Notes: generated by a model not told the origin, from the sequence alone. DNA of 64,000 nucleotides from Selaginella moellendorffii (GCF_000143415.4 NW_003314264.1:1149520-1213519); one strand, 5' to 3'. Positions 23,652 to 38,100 are shown, counted from the first letter of the stretch. Numbers and translations: made by a program.

Positions 23652-26600
23652 TCGGGACCGAGACCGAGACCGAGGCCGAGGCCGAGACCGAGCCCGAGCC
23701 CGAGTCCGAGTCCGAATCCGAATCCGAGTCCGAGTCCGAGTCCGAGTCCGGAGCCTGAGAGGGTGAAAGCCCAAAGCGTTCGTCTCCCAGACCCTGGGGG
23801 GTTTGGTGAGCTCCAAAAGTATAGTAGGGGGGAGGACTGCAGTGGAGCCAGTTTGGCCAGGAATGGCCAGTTTGGCCCAGGAAGGCCAGACCCAGTGTTG
23901 GGTGATGAACTGACCACTAGGAAGTCCAAGACTAGAGTGAATACGGACCGACAAGCGGGGTAGCTTGGTGAAGTGTTCAAGAGCCGGCTCTAGTTCCCCC
24001 GGGAGATCGACTGGCCGATGCTCCCAGTCCAAGTGTGGGTGGCACTACCTACTTGGATACCAAGCGTGGCTCAACGGAACCTCGCTCTAAGCCCATGGCT
24101 AGAGCACCTAAAGGCGATAGGTGGGGAGAGTACCTAGGTGGCTCGCGTAAGGCCACGGTGCTCCGAAATGTCGTCCCAAAGGCCCAGACTGTGGAAAGGA
24201 AGAGGAGCAGTCCTCTGGGGTAGTGACCAAGGACACAGTCGTGTGGTGAGGAAGTCCCAGAGGACCGTGGGACCTAGTGGTCGGGCCTGTGGGCCTCGAT
24301 CCAGTGGCAGTGTTGGCAAACACGGCAGGGGCAGAAAGGGACTTGGTAGGAACTGACAAAGGGACTTTGGGGAAGTCGATTCCCCAGGTTTGTGGGCATC
24401 CTAAGGATGCTAAGGAGTGGATCTAGGATGACCCCTCGTAGACAGATGGCCCAGTCTTGGAGAGACGGGATGGTGATGCAAGTGGTATTGAACCATGTGA
24501 GACACAAAATCCCTAGGCCCCAAAGTGGAGCCGGAAGGGTGCCATGTGGTAGTGGCCGAAGCAAAAGCCAAACGAGTGTAACACATTTGGACTAAAAGCT
24601 CCGACTGGGAAGGTTGAGAGCGGGAGTGGAACTCCCAACAAAGTGCTCGAGGAACAAGCATGAAGTGAGCAATAAGCAAGGCTCCAAAAAGGGACCCAAA
24701 AAGGACCAACACATGACACGTGGAAGTGTCCGAGATGGAGTCTGAGGCAGACCCTAGTTGGAGTCCGATATGGAGTCCGAAGTGGAGTCTGAGATGGAGT
24801 CCGATATGGAGTCCGAGATGGACCCGAAGTGGAGTCTGAGATGGAGTCCGATATGGAGTCCGAGATGGACCCGAAGTGGAGTCCGAGGTGGACCGAGACG
24901 AAGTCCGAGATGGACCCGAGATGGAGTCCGAGATGGAGTCCGAGATGGACCCAAGATGGAGTCCGAGATGGAGTCCGAGGTGGACCGAGACAGAGTCCGA
25001 GATGGACCCGAGATGGAGTCCGAGATGGACCGAGACAGAGTCTGAGATGGAGTCCGAGATGGAGTCCGAGATGGACCGAGACGGAGTCCGAGATGGAGTC
25101 CGAGATGGAGTCCGAGAAGGACCCGAGATGGAGTCCGAGGTCGAGATCGAGACCGAGACCGAGACCGAGATCGGGGCCGAGACCGAGACCGGGACCCGGA
25201 CCGAGACCAAGACCGAGGCCAAGGCTGAGACCGAGCCCGAGCCCGAGTCCGAGTCCGAGTCCGAGTCCGAGTCCGAGTCCGAGTCCGAGTTCGAGTCTGA
25301 GAGGGTGAAAGCCCAAAGCGTTCGTCTCCCAGACCCTGGGGGGTTTGGTGAGCTCCAAAAGTATAGTAGGGGGGAGGACTGCAGTGGAGCCAGTTTGGCC
25401 CAGGAAGGCCAGACCCAGTGTTGGGTGATGAACTGACCACTGGGAAGTCCAAGACTAGAGTGAATACGGACCGACAAGCGAGGTAGCTTGGTGAAGTGTT
25501 TAAGAGCCGGCTCTAGTTCCCCCGGGAGATCGACTGGCCGATGCTCCCAGTCCAAGTGTGGGTGGCACTACCTACTTGGATACCAGGCGTGGCTCAACGG
25601 AACCTCGCTCTAAGCCCATGGCTAGAGCACCTAAAGGCGATAGGTGGGGAGAGTACCCAGGTGGCTCGCGTAAGGCCACGGTGTTCTGAAATGTCGTCCC
25701 AAAGGCCCAGACTATGGAAAGGAAGAGGAGCAGTCCTCTGGGGTAGTGACCAAGGACACAGTCGTGTGGTGAGGAAGTCCCAGAGGACCGTGGGACCTAG
25801 TGGTCGGGCCTGTGGGCCTCGATCCAGTGGCAGTGTTGGCAAACACGGCCAGGGGCAGAAAGGGACTTGGTAGGAACTGACAAAGGGACTTTGGGGAAGT
25901 CGATTCCCCAGGTTTGTGGGCATCCTAAGGATGCTAAGGAGTGGATCTAGGATGACCCCTCGTAGACAGATGGCCCAGTCTTGGAGAGACGGGATGGTGA
26001 TGTAAGTGGTATTGGACCATATGCGCAGCAAAGGTGAATGGGCATGGCCTTAGCGTAACGGGCCGAGATGTCAGTGGTACCTTTGGGTGTCGGTCATGGG
26101 ATCGGACACATGGAGCACTTGGACCAAGTGCAAAGGTTGAGTGGCATGGATGCCATTCTCGGGGCTAGCAAGCCCCAAGTCCTGAATGGGACTTATAGAG
26201 GTTGTGAATGAGACTCCTCCAAGTGGTCGGAGGTGTGGTTAAGTGACTAAAGTAGAATGGAAAAATTAGTCGCTTACAATTTGGTATCCGACTTTTATTG
26301 GTGCTCAAGTATATCACCACTAGTGTTGGCATCGGAAGGTCCGAGGAGTGGGCCTATCCTTGAGGAGTAGCAAGTCGGGAAGACATGGCTCTCCATTACA
26401 GTTCATGTGTGAACTTGTAGACGGGGTGGTGGATAGAAAAGGGCCAATAATGGAACGACTTTGGGATCTTGGGAACAGTATATGGTTTTCCTCAAAAAAA
26501 AAAAAAAGTTGAGGATGTGATCCAGATGAGCGTTTGACTTAGCAAACTGGCTAATGTAGTTGTGGTAAACAACTACAGTTGGGATCACGGGAAAGATAAA

Positions 26601-29600
26601 GACTCCAAAGCAATAAAGGAGTCATAAGATTTTCCTCATATAGTTGAGGTTGGTGCTCATGAATGTGAGACCAAAAGTATTGACCGTGGAAGGTCAAATA
26701 CAAAAGAGGACACAAGTCCTCGAAATGGTAGCCGAGGCTACCTCTAATAAATGCTGGAACAACCCAAGGAGTGGGGGTGTACTCAGAGGATGAGCTAGTA
26801 TTTTCATCACATGGACAAGTGGTCCTAAGGGGCAAAAGGTTGCCCCAAGAGAACAAATTAAGTGTCAGAGTAACACTTGCAAAGATGATCCTTGGGAGTA
26901 GGACCTGAATACAAGAAGTTGTATTCCAGTGAGCTGGCACCTCAAAGGTAGGGCCTCATGGGTCGTTAGATGACAAAGTCCAAAACGCTGGATGACTCCA
27001 ATAGAGTCAAGGAATAATCCTAAAGGATTGATGGAAGCATTTGGACTGAGGTGTGTTTTACCCCACGAAGGATGGGGGGGGATCATAGGATCCAAGGATG
27101 AGAACAGAGGGTATCTCATCGATGGCAAAATGTGTCGTGCTAAAGTCGTGGGAAAGGTGTTCCCAAATAGAAAACAACTTTGACACAAAGTTGTGTGTGA
27201 CCTCTGTGGTGCCGTGCTAACAAATGGTTGGCATGAGAAAGAGCGGTATTGGTCTTGGCAAAGACTTAGACACAAAGAAAAAGTGTCATAGAGGTAGGTT
27301 CGTGGAGCCGATGGTGTAGAGACACCAAATGTGCCAAGGTGTGATACCTTGAGGCTATGTTGGTGGGTTCATAAGAACCCCTTGCCAAAGGAATCCCAAT
27401 GGAAATGGGAATGGCATAGCCTAATCTGCAGAGTATGCAGTTGGAGTGTGGTGACCCAGATAATGATGGAGGTGTGGAAGCACCAGCAATGAGTTGTAGG
27501 ACTTGACGACTATGAGGCAACTAAGCGAGAGGTGCAAAATAATTGGTTAAACGGGTAGAAGGTAGCTACCCAAGCCTTCTTAATGGCATAGGGAAGTTGG
27601 ATATACCCTTACGGGGGATAAGTTGCTTATGTTGTGATATAGTAAGTCAATGTCATAAAAGGAAATACTCATTGTCAAGAAAGCCATCATTGGGACACCC
27701 GAACACTCGAGAACACTAGGAGGTGGTGCTTGATGTCGCGAGGGCAATAGATAAAGCCCAAGGGACTAAGTCTCTAGCGAATGATGGATAGAAGGTGCTA
27801 TCCAAATGTCCAAATGGCGGAGACAGGAGAAGACTGTCTACTCGAATTGGACAAAACCAAAATTGGAATTTTGGCAAGGCTAGTGATGGGCATGTAAAGG
27901 CCCGTAAGCAACAATGTAATCCCGGTGTGCGGGATTATAGGGTGAGCATACTTGGATTGAAGAACCACTCCCTAGGCTATTGGGTAGGTTCATCCCTAAG
28001 AATACTTGCTAAGGCATGATAGAAAGTGCAAAGCTATCCTCCTAGTCGGGAGGAGAATGGCTAAAGGAAAGGTGTGAAGCCAAAAGCAAGTAGTAAGGGG
28101 ATAGAACCAAACCATAGGAATCGAAGGGCATAACCAAGGGTAGTTATGCCAGTTGGGAGTGGAGAATCAAGTGGGAGCTCAAGGGTGTTGCCGCTAGCAA
28201 CTATGATGCCATGGAGAGTCTAAAATATGGAATTATCCATGTTAGACTATATGGTAATTGGAAAGCTTGCAAAAAGGGAGGCCTTAGCAAGCTAAGGGAC
28301 AGGGTTCCTTCAAGGTTCCCAAAAATGATTCTAGGTAGCTTAGTACCTAGAAAGGCCAAGTGTAAATGGTTCAAAGCACACGTGAAATCAGAGTGGCACA
28401 GCAGAAGCGTGGTCTTGAAGCTTGCCATGAGGCAAGGCTATCAAGGTTAGGGAAGTAGTTCCCGAGTGTTCAAAGAGAGGGCTTTGAACGAAAGTCGATG
28501 ATCAAGGGCTTTCACGCTTGTGCAGGAACCATGTTACAGTGGTCGGAGGACTTGCCAAAGCGAGATTGGCAAGTCAAGGGAACAAATGCCCTAGTTGAAG
28601 GTGATAACTTCAAAAGGGTGGGCCATGGGGCCAAGCATGGAGGAGTCCATGCATGATCACAGACTTGTCAAGTGAGAGCACTTGGCCGTGTGGAGGAACT
28701 GGGTTCCTAAGCTGTGATCTATAGCGCGCTTTGAGTATAAGTTGGTGCACTGGCGTGGGGGTCATGCCAGGCATCCTGGGTGATGCCGTCTGTAGATGCA
28801 TATACGGAGGTTGGGTTCGAGTCCCGACCCTCTAGTGCTTGGGTTCGAGTCCCAAATCACTAGGGCGTGGTGATGGTTTGGAATATGAGGACACTCATAT
28901 TTCGGTGGTCATGGACTCTCAGTGAGGGGACTGGTTTGGGCACACCGCCAAGCGAGGGATGCCTCGGAGTCGTGATGCACGGTTAGATTGCTTAGAGTGA
29001 AAGCTCGGCATATCTAACTTGAATACTTTGGTGCAAAGGGCACCAAGGACGTGGTGGATAAGATGGGGACACCCAAGTCTCAGTTGCTATGGATCCTTGG
29101 CCGAAAGGGCTGGCTTGGGCGCACCGCCAAGTGTGGGGGATGCCCCCGGGGTCATAGTCAACAGCTTAGAAGGGTCTAGAAGACCTAGTTCCTATTGATA
29201 GACCTATTAAGGTGGTCAAGATGAGATCACTAGGTGATCTTGTGGCTATGTCAATGCTATGGCATAGTAAGTCCAAGGAAAGTAGTCTCTATAAAAGATC
29301 CAAGGGAGGGTCTCAAAAAGTTGGGCCGTGGATAGAGCCCACGACAGAAAATGTTAAAGAGACGTACTAGGGGTGAACACCCTTTGGACTTAGCAAAGCA
29401 AAGTGTTTGCTATGGAACCGAAAGGAAACCTCAAAAATGGAGGTGGCGATCCTATGTTGCTTGGTGCAACAATCCAAGGATAGGAGCAAAAGACGAGTGC
29501 CCGAGATAGGGCCGTGGAATCCATTGGAAAGAATCCAAGTGGCAAAGTTAGCCAAGGAACACTAATGTGTTTGATGCTAACGAATTGCGGAAAAAGAAGT

Positions 29601-30866
29601 GGACTTCCAAGGATGGATTCCCAAGTGCTCCAATTTGGCAAAGGAAAGGCTCCAAGTGAGGGAGCAACTAGGTAGCCAAAAGATAGGGCCGTGGACAGCC
29701 CTAGCACAAATAATGATAAATGGAACGTAATGCCAATGGTGGCACCAAAAATAGAAAAGAGGATGAGGGTGCCCTCGAATAGAGAACTTCCTAGGAGGGG
29801 AAGTGGAGTTGCACAAAATGTGCAAGGCAAGGTGTCGGAGACACCTAGGAAATTGACTTCAAGAAGTCAAAAGTAAACGTTCCAAAGTGCAAAGGTAGAT
29901 TAATGGAATTTGTGACTACTCAAGAATGAGTAGTGGAATTGAGTTAGAGAGGGTGCCTCTAACGGGTTTAGCGAGAACTAAACCAATAAACGGAAAGAAC
30001 CACCCCAAGTGGTCCAATCAGTTTCTAAGTTGGAGAGACTATCCTCCTTAGAGGATGGACAAGGCATGGTGAGCCTTCGGGGTCAAACCATAGACAAATA
30101 TTGGCCGGGTGCCAAGGATGGGAATGGTAATACCTGCGGGTGTTACTTTATAAAAGGGTTTACCGTTCGATGAGGACATCGAACTTCGTCTATGGGTGGT
30201 GGAGTTGTGAGACACAAAATCCCTAGGCCCCAAAGTGGAGCCGGAAGGGTGCCATGTGGTAGTGGCCGAAGCAAAAGCCAAACGAGCGTAACACATTTGG
30301 ACTAAAAGCTCCGACTGGGAAGGTTGAGAGCGGGAGTGGAACTCCCAACAAAGTGCTCGAGGAACAAGCATGAAGTGAGCAATAAGCAAGGCTCCAAAAA
30401 GGGACCCAAAAAGGACCAACACATGACACGTGGAAGTGTCCGAGATGGAGTCTGAGGCAGACCCTAGTTGGAGTCCGATATGGAGTCCGAAGTGGAGTCC
30501 GAGATGGAGTCCAATATGGAGTCCGAGATGGACCCGAAGTGGAGTCTGAGATGGAGTCCGATATGGAGTCCGAGATGGACCCGAAGTGGAGTCCGAGGTG
30601 GACCGAGACGAAGTCCGAGATGGACCCGAGATGGAGTCCAAGATGGAGTCCGAGATGGACCCAAGATGGAGTCCGAGATGGAGTCCGAGATGGAGTCCGA
30701 GGTGGACCGAGACAGAGTCCGAGATGGACCCGAGATGGAGTCCGAGATGGACCGAGACAGAGTCTGAGATGGAGTCCGAGATGGAGTCCGAGATGGACCG
30801 AGACGGAGTCCGAGATGGAGTCCGAGAAGGACCCGAGATGGAGTCCGAGGTCGAGATCGAGACCGG

Positions 30867-30901
<35 letters not shown>

Positions 30902-32147
30902 GGGCCGAGACCGAGACCGGGACCCGGACCGAGACCAAGACCGAGGCCAAGGCTGAGACCAAGCCCGAGCCCGAGTCCGAGTCCGAGTCTGAGTCCGAGT
31001 CCGAGTCCGAGTCCGAGTTCGAGTCTGAGAGGGTGAAAGCCCAAAGCGTTCGTCTCCCAGACCCTGGGGGGTTTGGTGAGCTCCAAAAGTATAGTAGGGG
31101 GGAGGACTGCAGTGGAGCCAGTTTGGCCAGGAATGGCCAGTTTGGCCCAGGAAGGCCAGACCCAGTGTTGGGTGATGAACTGACCACTGGGAAGTCCAAG
31201 ACTAGAGTGAATATGGACTGACAAGCGGGGTAGCTTGGTGAAGTGTTCAAGAGCCGGCTCTAGTTCCCCTGGGAGATCGACTGGCCGATGCTCCCAGTCC
31301 AAGTGTGGGTGGCACTACCTACTTGGAAACCAGGCGTGGCTCAACGGAACCTCGCTCTAAGCCCATGGCTAGAGCACCTAAAGGCGATAGGTGGGGAGAG
31401 TACCCAGGTGGCTCGCGTAAGGCCACGGTGTTCCGAAATGTCGTCCCAAAGGCCCAGACTGTGGAAAGGAAGAGGAGCAGTCCTCTGGGGTAGTGACCAA
31501 GGACACAGTCGTGTGGTGAGGAAGTCCCAGAGGACCGTGGGACCTAGTGGTCGGGCCTGTGGGCCTCGATCCAGTGGCAGTGTTGGCAAACACGGCCAGG
31601 GGCAGAAAGGGACTTGGTAGGAACTGACAAAGGGACTTTGGGGAAGGCGATTCCCCAGGTCTATGGGCATCCTAAGGATGCTAAGGAGTGGATCTAGGAT
31701 GACCCCTCGTAGACAGATGGCCCAGTCTTGGAGAGACGGGATGGTGATGTAAGTGGTATTGGACCATATGCGCAGCAAAGGTGAATGGGCATGGCCTTAG
31801 CGTAACGGGCCGAGATGTCAGTGGTACCTTTGGGTGTCGGTCATGGGATCGGACACATGGAGCACTTGGACCAAGTGCAAAGGTTGAGTGGCATGGATGC
31901 CATTCTCGGGGCTAGCAAGCCCCAAGTCCTGAATGGGACTTATGGAGGTTGTGAATGAGACTCCTCCAAGTGGTCGGAGGTGTGGTTAAGTGACTAAAGT
32001 AGAATGGAAAAATTAGTCGCTTACAGACCATTTGCGCAGCAAAGGTGAATGGGCATGGCCTTAGCGTAATGGGCCGAGATGTCAGTGGTACCTTTGGGTG
32101 CCGGTCATGGGACCGGACACGTGGAGCACTTGGACCAAGTGCAAAGG
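23144..32147 (+). repeat. Family C LTR split by a younger family C element (pieces 23144-24495 and 32031-~32147); 3' end truncated
   Basis: Starts TGTGAGACAC; its sequence resumes after the AACCA/GACCA duplication. Confidence 0.8.
24496..32025 (+). mobile_element. Complete non-autonomous LTR retrotransposon, family C (LTRs 24496-26278 and 30206-32025)
   Basis: Near-identical LTRs TGTGAG...CTTACA; PBS TGGTATCCG; PPT same as family A; TSD AACCA/GACCA; no intact ORF. Confidence 0.92.
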
Positions 32148-35100
32148 GCGCCATTCTCATGCCATTCAGTAGCAACATTGGCATGCACCGATTGGGCTCT
32201 CGAGTGCAGTCCGGTTACAGATGGCGTGTAGCCTCACGCCATCTTAGGATGCAGCCTCAAGACATCTGATGCAATGGTGTATGGCGTGTGGCCTCACGTT
32301 ATTTCCAGCTGCTAGCTTTTCATCTGTCAGCTCTAATTGTTGTGCATTTCTGAACAGGCGAGGAATTGCGTTCTTCTTCTAGCCACTGTCAATGTGGATG
32401 CAGAGAAGGGGGAGGAGCTCACCAGTTGGACTTTCGGGATGGAAGGCGAGGATCTGAGGCTGTACAACACAGATGGTGGGAGAAAAGAATGCATGGGGAT
32501 CCTCATCCAAGTGACAGACACTCCATGTAGTTCCATGCAAGAATATGGACTGGCACTTGTGGTAGAGACAGCGTCTGCCTTCAAGATCCACCTTGCACAT
32601 CCTAGCGGCTTCTCGGAGGGGGGCAGCGGCTATGAGGAATTCCTAGAGGGAGCTAGGGAGAGGTTGTCCAGGAGGCCCACAATTTCAAAGACGCTGCGGG
32701 TCTATGAAGATCACATGGAATCCATGGACCTCACCTACGGCGATGTTCAAAAACTATATTCCAACATTGAGCCGTTGAGAGTGCCTCCAGTTCGCGAAGC
32801 GAAGGGGAAGGGGGTCGATCTGGAAACTACCCCGAAGCAAAAAAGGGTGGTCAAGCTCAAGCCGACGTCTGACTCTCCTCCAAAAAAGAAGCTACTCGGT
32901 GATGCCATTGCCTCGGGTTCGAACACTACACCCACCAAAAAGAAGAGCCGCAAAGAGCAGAAAGAGCAAGAAGAGGCAGCAAAAATCGTCGCAGATAATA
33001 GTACTTGTTACTATTCCAACAAAGTATATACAATCGATGTGAGCCGTATCGACATCCAAAGCAAATACAACCATAGGCTAGTATCTGATGAGTGGGTGGA
33101 GAAACTGAAGCAGAAGATGCTGGCAAGTCCAGTAACACCCAACATCGCAGACGTGATCCCCTACTACCGAACAATGAAGGGCGAGACGAGGTTTCCAGAC
33201 TTGATCAATAGGAAGGTGTTGGACGATCAGAACATCCGGTTCTATGCCGTCTCCGGGCAGCATTCTAGCTTGGCGATGCAAGAGATAGTTGTGGATATTA
33301 TGGTGGGCGAGGAGGTGAAGAAAGTCTTCAAGACAAGAGTTGTCCGCCTGATAAAAGGCAACTCGCCCCTCCGATCTATCATATACATCTCCCACGTGCA
33401 GAATGTCAAGCAAGAAATGTGCTACAAATCGGGTCTGCACGAGACATTGGCACGAACACGGAAGCTCTGGGTTCAACTGAAGAAGCCACAAAAACCAGGA
33501 CAAGGACGTGCACTAGCAACTAGCGCCTGGCAGGTAAGCCTCGTTGCATGTGGCATAGCATGTGGCCTCACGCCATTTCCATTGCAGGAATTCTCGAGTC
33601 TTCTCTCGAAAACACTGGGGGTCAATGACACACTCAGCATCCATAACATTCTACTCACGACAAAAGTTGTTTTTGACAAATGGGTAGATGTGCTAAGGAG
33701 GTACCATGACGGGGAGTTGCCAAACTCAATGGGTGTGGAGGACGGCTGGAAGCCCAATGATTTGAAGCTCAACGCCTTGCGTTTCTCGCGGTCTCTAGAC
33801 GACGACGACCTTCTGACAGTGGCTAATGCTCTTCTACGTGGTGAGGTTGTCTTCAACAAGACCAAAATGACTCCCGGCCATATTGTGACATACGAGGACT
33901 TGTGCACGACTCTGAGAGCTCGTGCGCTATTGAAGGATTGGATCTTCGAGCAAGTGGCCGTGGAGAGGGTGAGCATCGACACCACGCAAGAGATGATGGA
34001 AGCGCTGGAGTTGTCAAATGAAGACATCGACGAGTACGTGAAGGGGGCCCCCAAGTTCATCGATCTGCTGCGGGATGCCACGAAAAGTAAAGCTGAGAAG
34101 TTGGATCAGTATCCAAATTTCATTAAGATTGATGTCGACCGCCGGCTTCAGAAACAGCTCAACCCCGCAGCAGAGGCCTATTGAGAACCTTACCGGGTAT
34201 ACTTGAATTCGGATGAGGATCAAAGGTGGAGGAGCATCGTTTCCCGCGGAGATGAGCAGGTCAAGAACATCTTTTGTGTGATGGACTTCACAAACGAGGA
34301 GATCACTCATGCAGACGAAGTCAGCTCCATCATTGACTTAATGGTGGGACTTGCGGAGGTGGAATCTTCAGTCCACTATATGATCTACGACTCCGAATCC
34401 TATCACAAGTTCTGGAAGGCCTTGAACAAGGTGAAGGCTCTGTTGAAAGGCAAGGAGATGTGGGAGATCCATGGGATAATGGCTAAGAAGAAGATACCGA
34501 CAAATGTCCGCATCTTCACACTCGCCCTTGTTATTGGTCCTACAGTAGAGTGGGACTGGAGTGACTTCCCAGCTTCGTTCGACAAGGCTAATCGAATTGA
34601 TCTGAGGGAGGTCAATTTACCCGTGCCTGAGGAACTGAAGATGGGTATGGAGCTTTCGAATCCAAAGAAAGCTTTAGGTGCAGCATGGGAAATGCTCAGC
34701 TGGGTCTTTAACGCAATAGCGGGTGGGTCACCTGCTTCCGACTCCAAGGGCAAATGCGTTGTCGAGTACAACTGCGGCGGACTATTCTTTTGAGCCGCAC
34801 TACTCAAGGGTGTCCCGTGTGTTGCGGTGACAAACTCCATTGAAGAGGTGACTTCAATGGAGCATATAATTACAGTTGCCAAAGAAAAACAGTAGCTTCT
34901 CTGCGAACCTGGTGAGTACACACTTTAAGTTTAAATTTTATCTCACAAGCTCTGTATGCAGGAGCGTGGCCACCCCCAGATGCTGAAATGGCGTTAACAG
35001 CTACTGTTGAAGATACCCATGTTGGGCCGAGCTCACAACCTGCACAAGGTAAGGTCACGTGAGGCCTCACGCCATTTTGATTATAGATCGTTGTGAATAT

Positions 35101-38100
35101 TCAGACACGAGGACTGAAAAGCGCACTGGTGGCGCATCGAAGAAGGACAAACAGACAAGCAATAGAAAAAAAGGAGGTACAAATTATATTTGCAATGGCG
35201 TGTGGTCTCATGCCATTCCTTGCAGGAGACACTTCTTCAAAGGCAAAACAGGCAAGCACCAGCCAAGCTCAAACTGACAGTTGTCATAAAAAGCGAAAGC
35301 ACGTTGGACAGTCGTCGAGATCAGAGGCGTTTGATTCGAAAAGGAAGAAGGGCAACGAAAAGATGATAGGTAATGCCTCGCGGTTATGGCGTGTGTGCTC
35401 ATGCCATTCATTGCAGATCAAGGGCTGAGTGAAAGCAGGCAGTCACCACCTCCTGACTCAGATTCCTATGGCGGACTCCCCTTCCCCAATCTCAATGGAG
35501 AGGTACAATGGATGAGGGATGCTTTTCAAGTCAGGGCCACGTTTTTCTCATCTCGTCGTCTTCGAAGGGTGCAAGAACATGCAGAAACCATGTTAAGACA
35601 GTCGGGTGAGGATACGGTCCTAGGTCACGCACTAAAACAAGCTATGGATGTCTTGTATTTTGAGATGGAGACTCGGCCAGATGATTTTCCCAATATGGTC
35701 CTGGAAGAACAAGCCATCCAGCCTGAGCAGCCTATGGAAGAAATGCAGGAGAGGGATGAGGAGCCAGAGAAAGATAATGAGCAGGAAGAGCAGAAGGACG
35801 AAGAGGAGGACAAAGAAGAGGAGGACGAAGAAGAGGAGGACGAAGAGGACTTGGATGGTCCTCACAATGGTGACAATCACAATAACGACGACGACGATGA
35901 TGACGACAATGGCCAGCCTGAGGTGGCCAAAGAGCAGCGGAGGAAGGTCATACAAGACAAACCATCAGGTAAATAATAGTACATCCATTCCTAACCTTTT
36001 ACCATTTCTAACATTGTCCATGTAGGTCGCAGAGCAAATGGTAAGTAGAGATTATTCAGTTGAATTTACAAACTCTAGCCTTTAGTGTCGAGGAAGGATA
36101 GTGCCAAGCAAGGGTCGAAACGTATGTCCAATCCTTCAGAATCAGCAGTGCGCCCAAGTGATATCGGTCCTAGTTCCTCAATAGCAGTTGATGGTAAATA
36201 CAGTATAGTCGATTCAATGTGCTAATGAGTTTGTTTTTAGTAGCACGGGAGGATACCATCTCAATCGAAGGGAGATATTTGGACATGCATATGGATCCGC
36301 CAGTGGACTCTACTTGCCTGCAAGAGTCATCAGAGCTGGTGGAGGCTACTATCCATATCAACGCCAAGCAAGCTGACCACGCTCCACTTGATGCTGCCCA
36401 TACCACTGAGTCAATCTTGTCCACGTATCCAACTGACGGTGACCAGGCGCCATTGGACCTGCATGAGGCCGCCCCAGCCGCCAAGCCGGTCGTATCCTCA
36501 TTTCCAACGGACTCAACGTGTGCCCAATCGTCTAACTACGCGCCATTGGAACCTCCCTACACCGTCCCTGCTGCCTGTTCGGTCATGTCCACTTTGCCAA
36601 CGGAGGCACCAGCTGAAATGGCGTGTGATCACACGTCATCGGAACCACCCCATGCCACTGTTGAGCCAGTTGTACCAGAGTCTACAGCTGAAATGGCATG
36701 TGCCCACACGCCATCGGATGCGATTGACCCCACATTGCAGAGGAGAGTATTTCCGCCCTTCACGTTTCCTCGACCAAAACCCTCTCAACGACCATCGGGA
36801 GCAACATTCGCTAATATTGTAGATGGTAAAATTGACTTGTACCATTTTTTATGCTGACGCATTTCATTTCAGAGTCACGGCGAAGGTACTGTATCGTTTT
36901 TTATCTGAACGGTGTCCTTTTCTCCCATGAGCGTGGCTCGTCCTCGAATGTTATTGCACCCTCCAAAGCCTGCGGTCGCAAGTTGGTCAAAAGAGACAGA
37001 TTCACATTAATCACACGGGAGAAACTGCGGGATCTAATAATGACCATGCGACACTTAAAACAGAGGGCCGGGTTCAATTTGCAATTGGGAGTTTGGACAT
37101 CCATGATGCGCCACAATGCATTAACGTTGCTACAGATGATGCACGATCAGACGCGAGTAATATTACCATTTGACTTTCTCCTAACTCAAGAGGATTGCTT
37201 GACTATGGTCCATGTGAGGGGTAGCAAGCCCATCTTCGTCAAGCCAGAGGCTGTAGTGATGAACCGGACTGCTAGGTCAAGTGAAATCCTCATCATCGAT
37301 GACTCGCCGATTAAAACTGCAGCAAACACGCACACATATGCAGTGCACCCCATCTCTTGCAGTATGGAAACTAGGGAGAAGAAACCGTATGTTCTGGGGG
37401 ACCTTGCAAAACGGCTTGGAGCGATGGTGATAGAGAACCGGCCAGTCCAGGAGGTGGCTGTAGAAATCAACCAAATGGCAGATGGAACGGTATATCAGAA
37501 GCCATTTGATCGGACAGACACCAGTCATCATTTATGGCATGTATATTGTCTAGCCAAGCACTATCCGCATCTCCATAATCTGCTCAACCGGATGGGTTCT
37601 TCGACCACTGAACATGAGCGTGGACGTATTAGAGAAGAGATGGCATTACTATTGGGTTTAAATCCTGATAGTGTGGAGAGTGATGAAATTCCAAGATTAT
37701 TGTATAGGCGTTGGAGGCAAAAAATAACAGTCTGAGATGGCATGTATTTATTTAAAAATGTAACTTATTATGGCATGGGGTTCCATGCCATTGTATTAAT
37801 ATTAAAAGACAATTCTTTGAGAGGATTTGCATTATACTAGAAGTGTTACAGCATGTTATTGGAAGTCTACAAAGTTGTTTTATTAATAATGGGAAAGTAA
37901 AGATTGAATGGGGACTTGGGCTCCACCTAGACTCGGAGCAACTGAGCCAATATTAAAAGGATGAAAAGAAATTGGACGACGATGACAAGGAGAAGAGAGA
38001 GGTGAAGCAGTGGCAGGGGGAGGAGAAGTGATTGAGTAGATATTTCCTTGTTTAAAATAAAATGGCATGTGCCTCAATGCAGTTGAATTTTGTTATATTT

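Noticed and set aside
23135-31302. Long ESEM/SPRW/GLGL ORFs in family C LTRs (also 5637-5915, 59662-60685, 61805-62358)
   Set aside because: They come from 6- and 11/12-bp microsatellites open in many frames on both strands, with copy number varying between LTRs.
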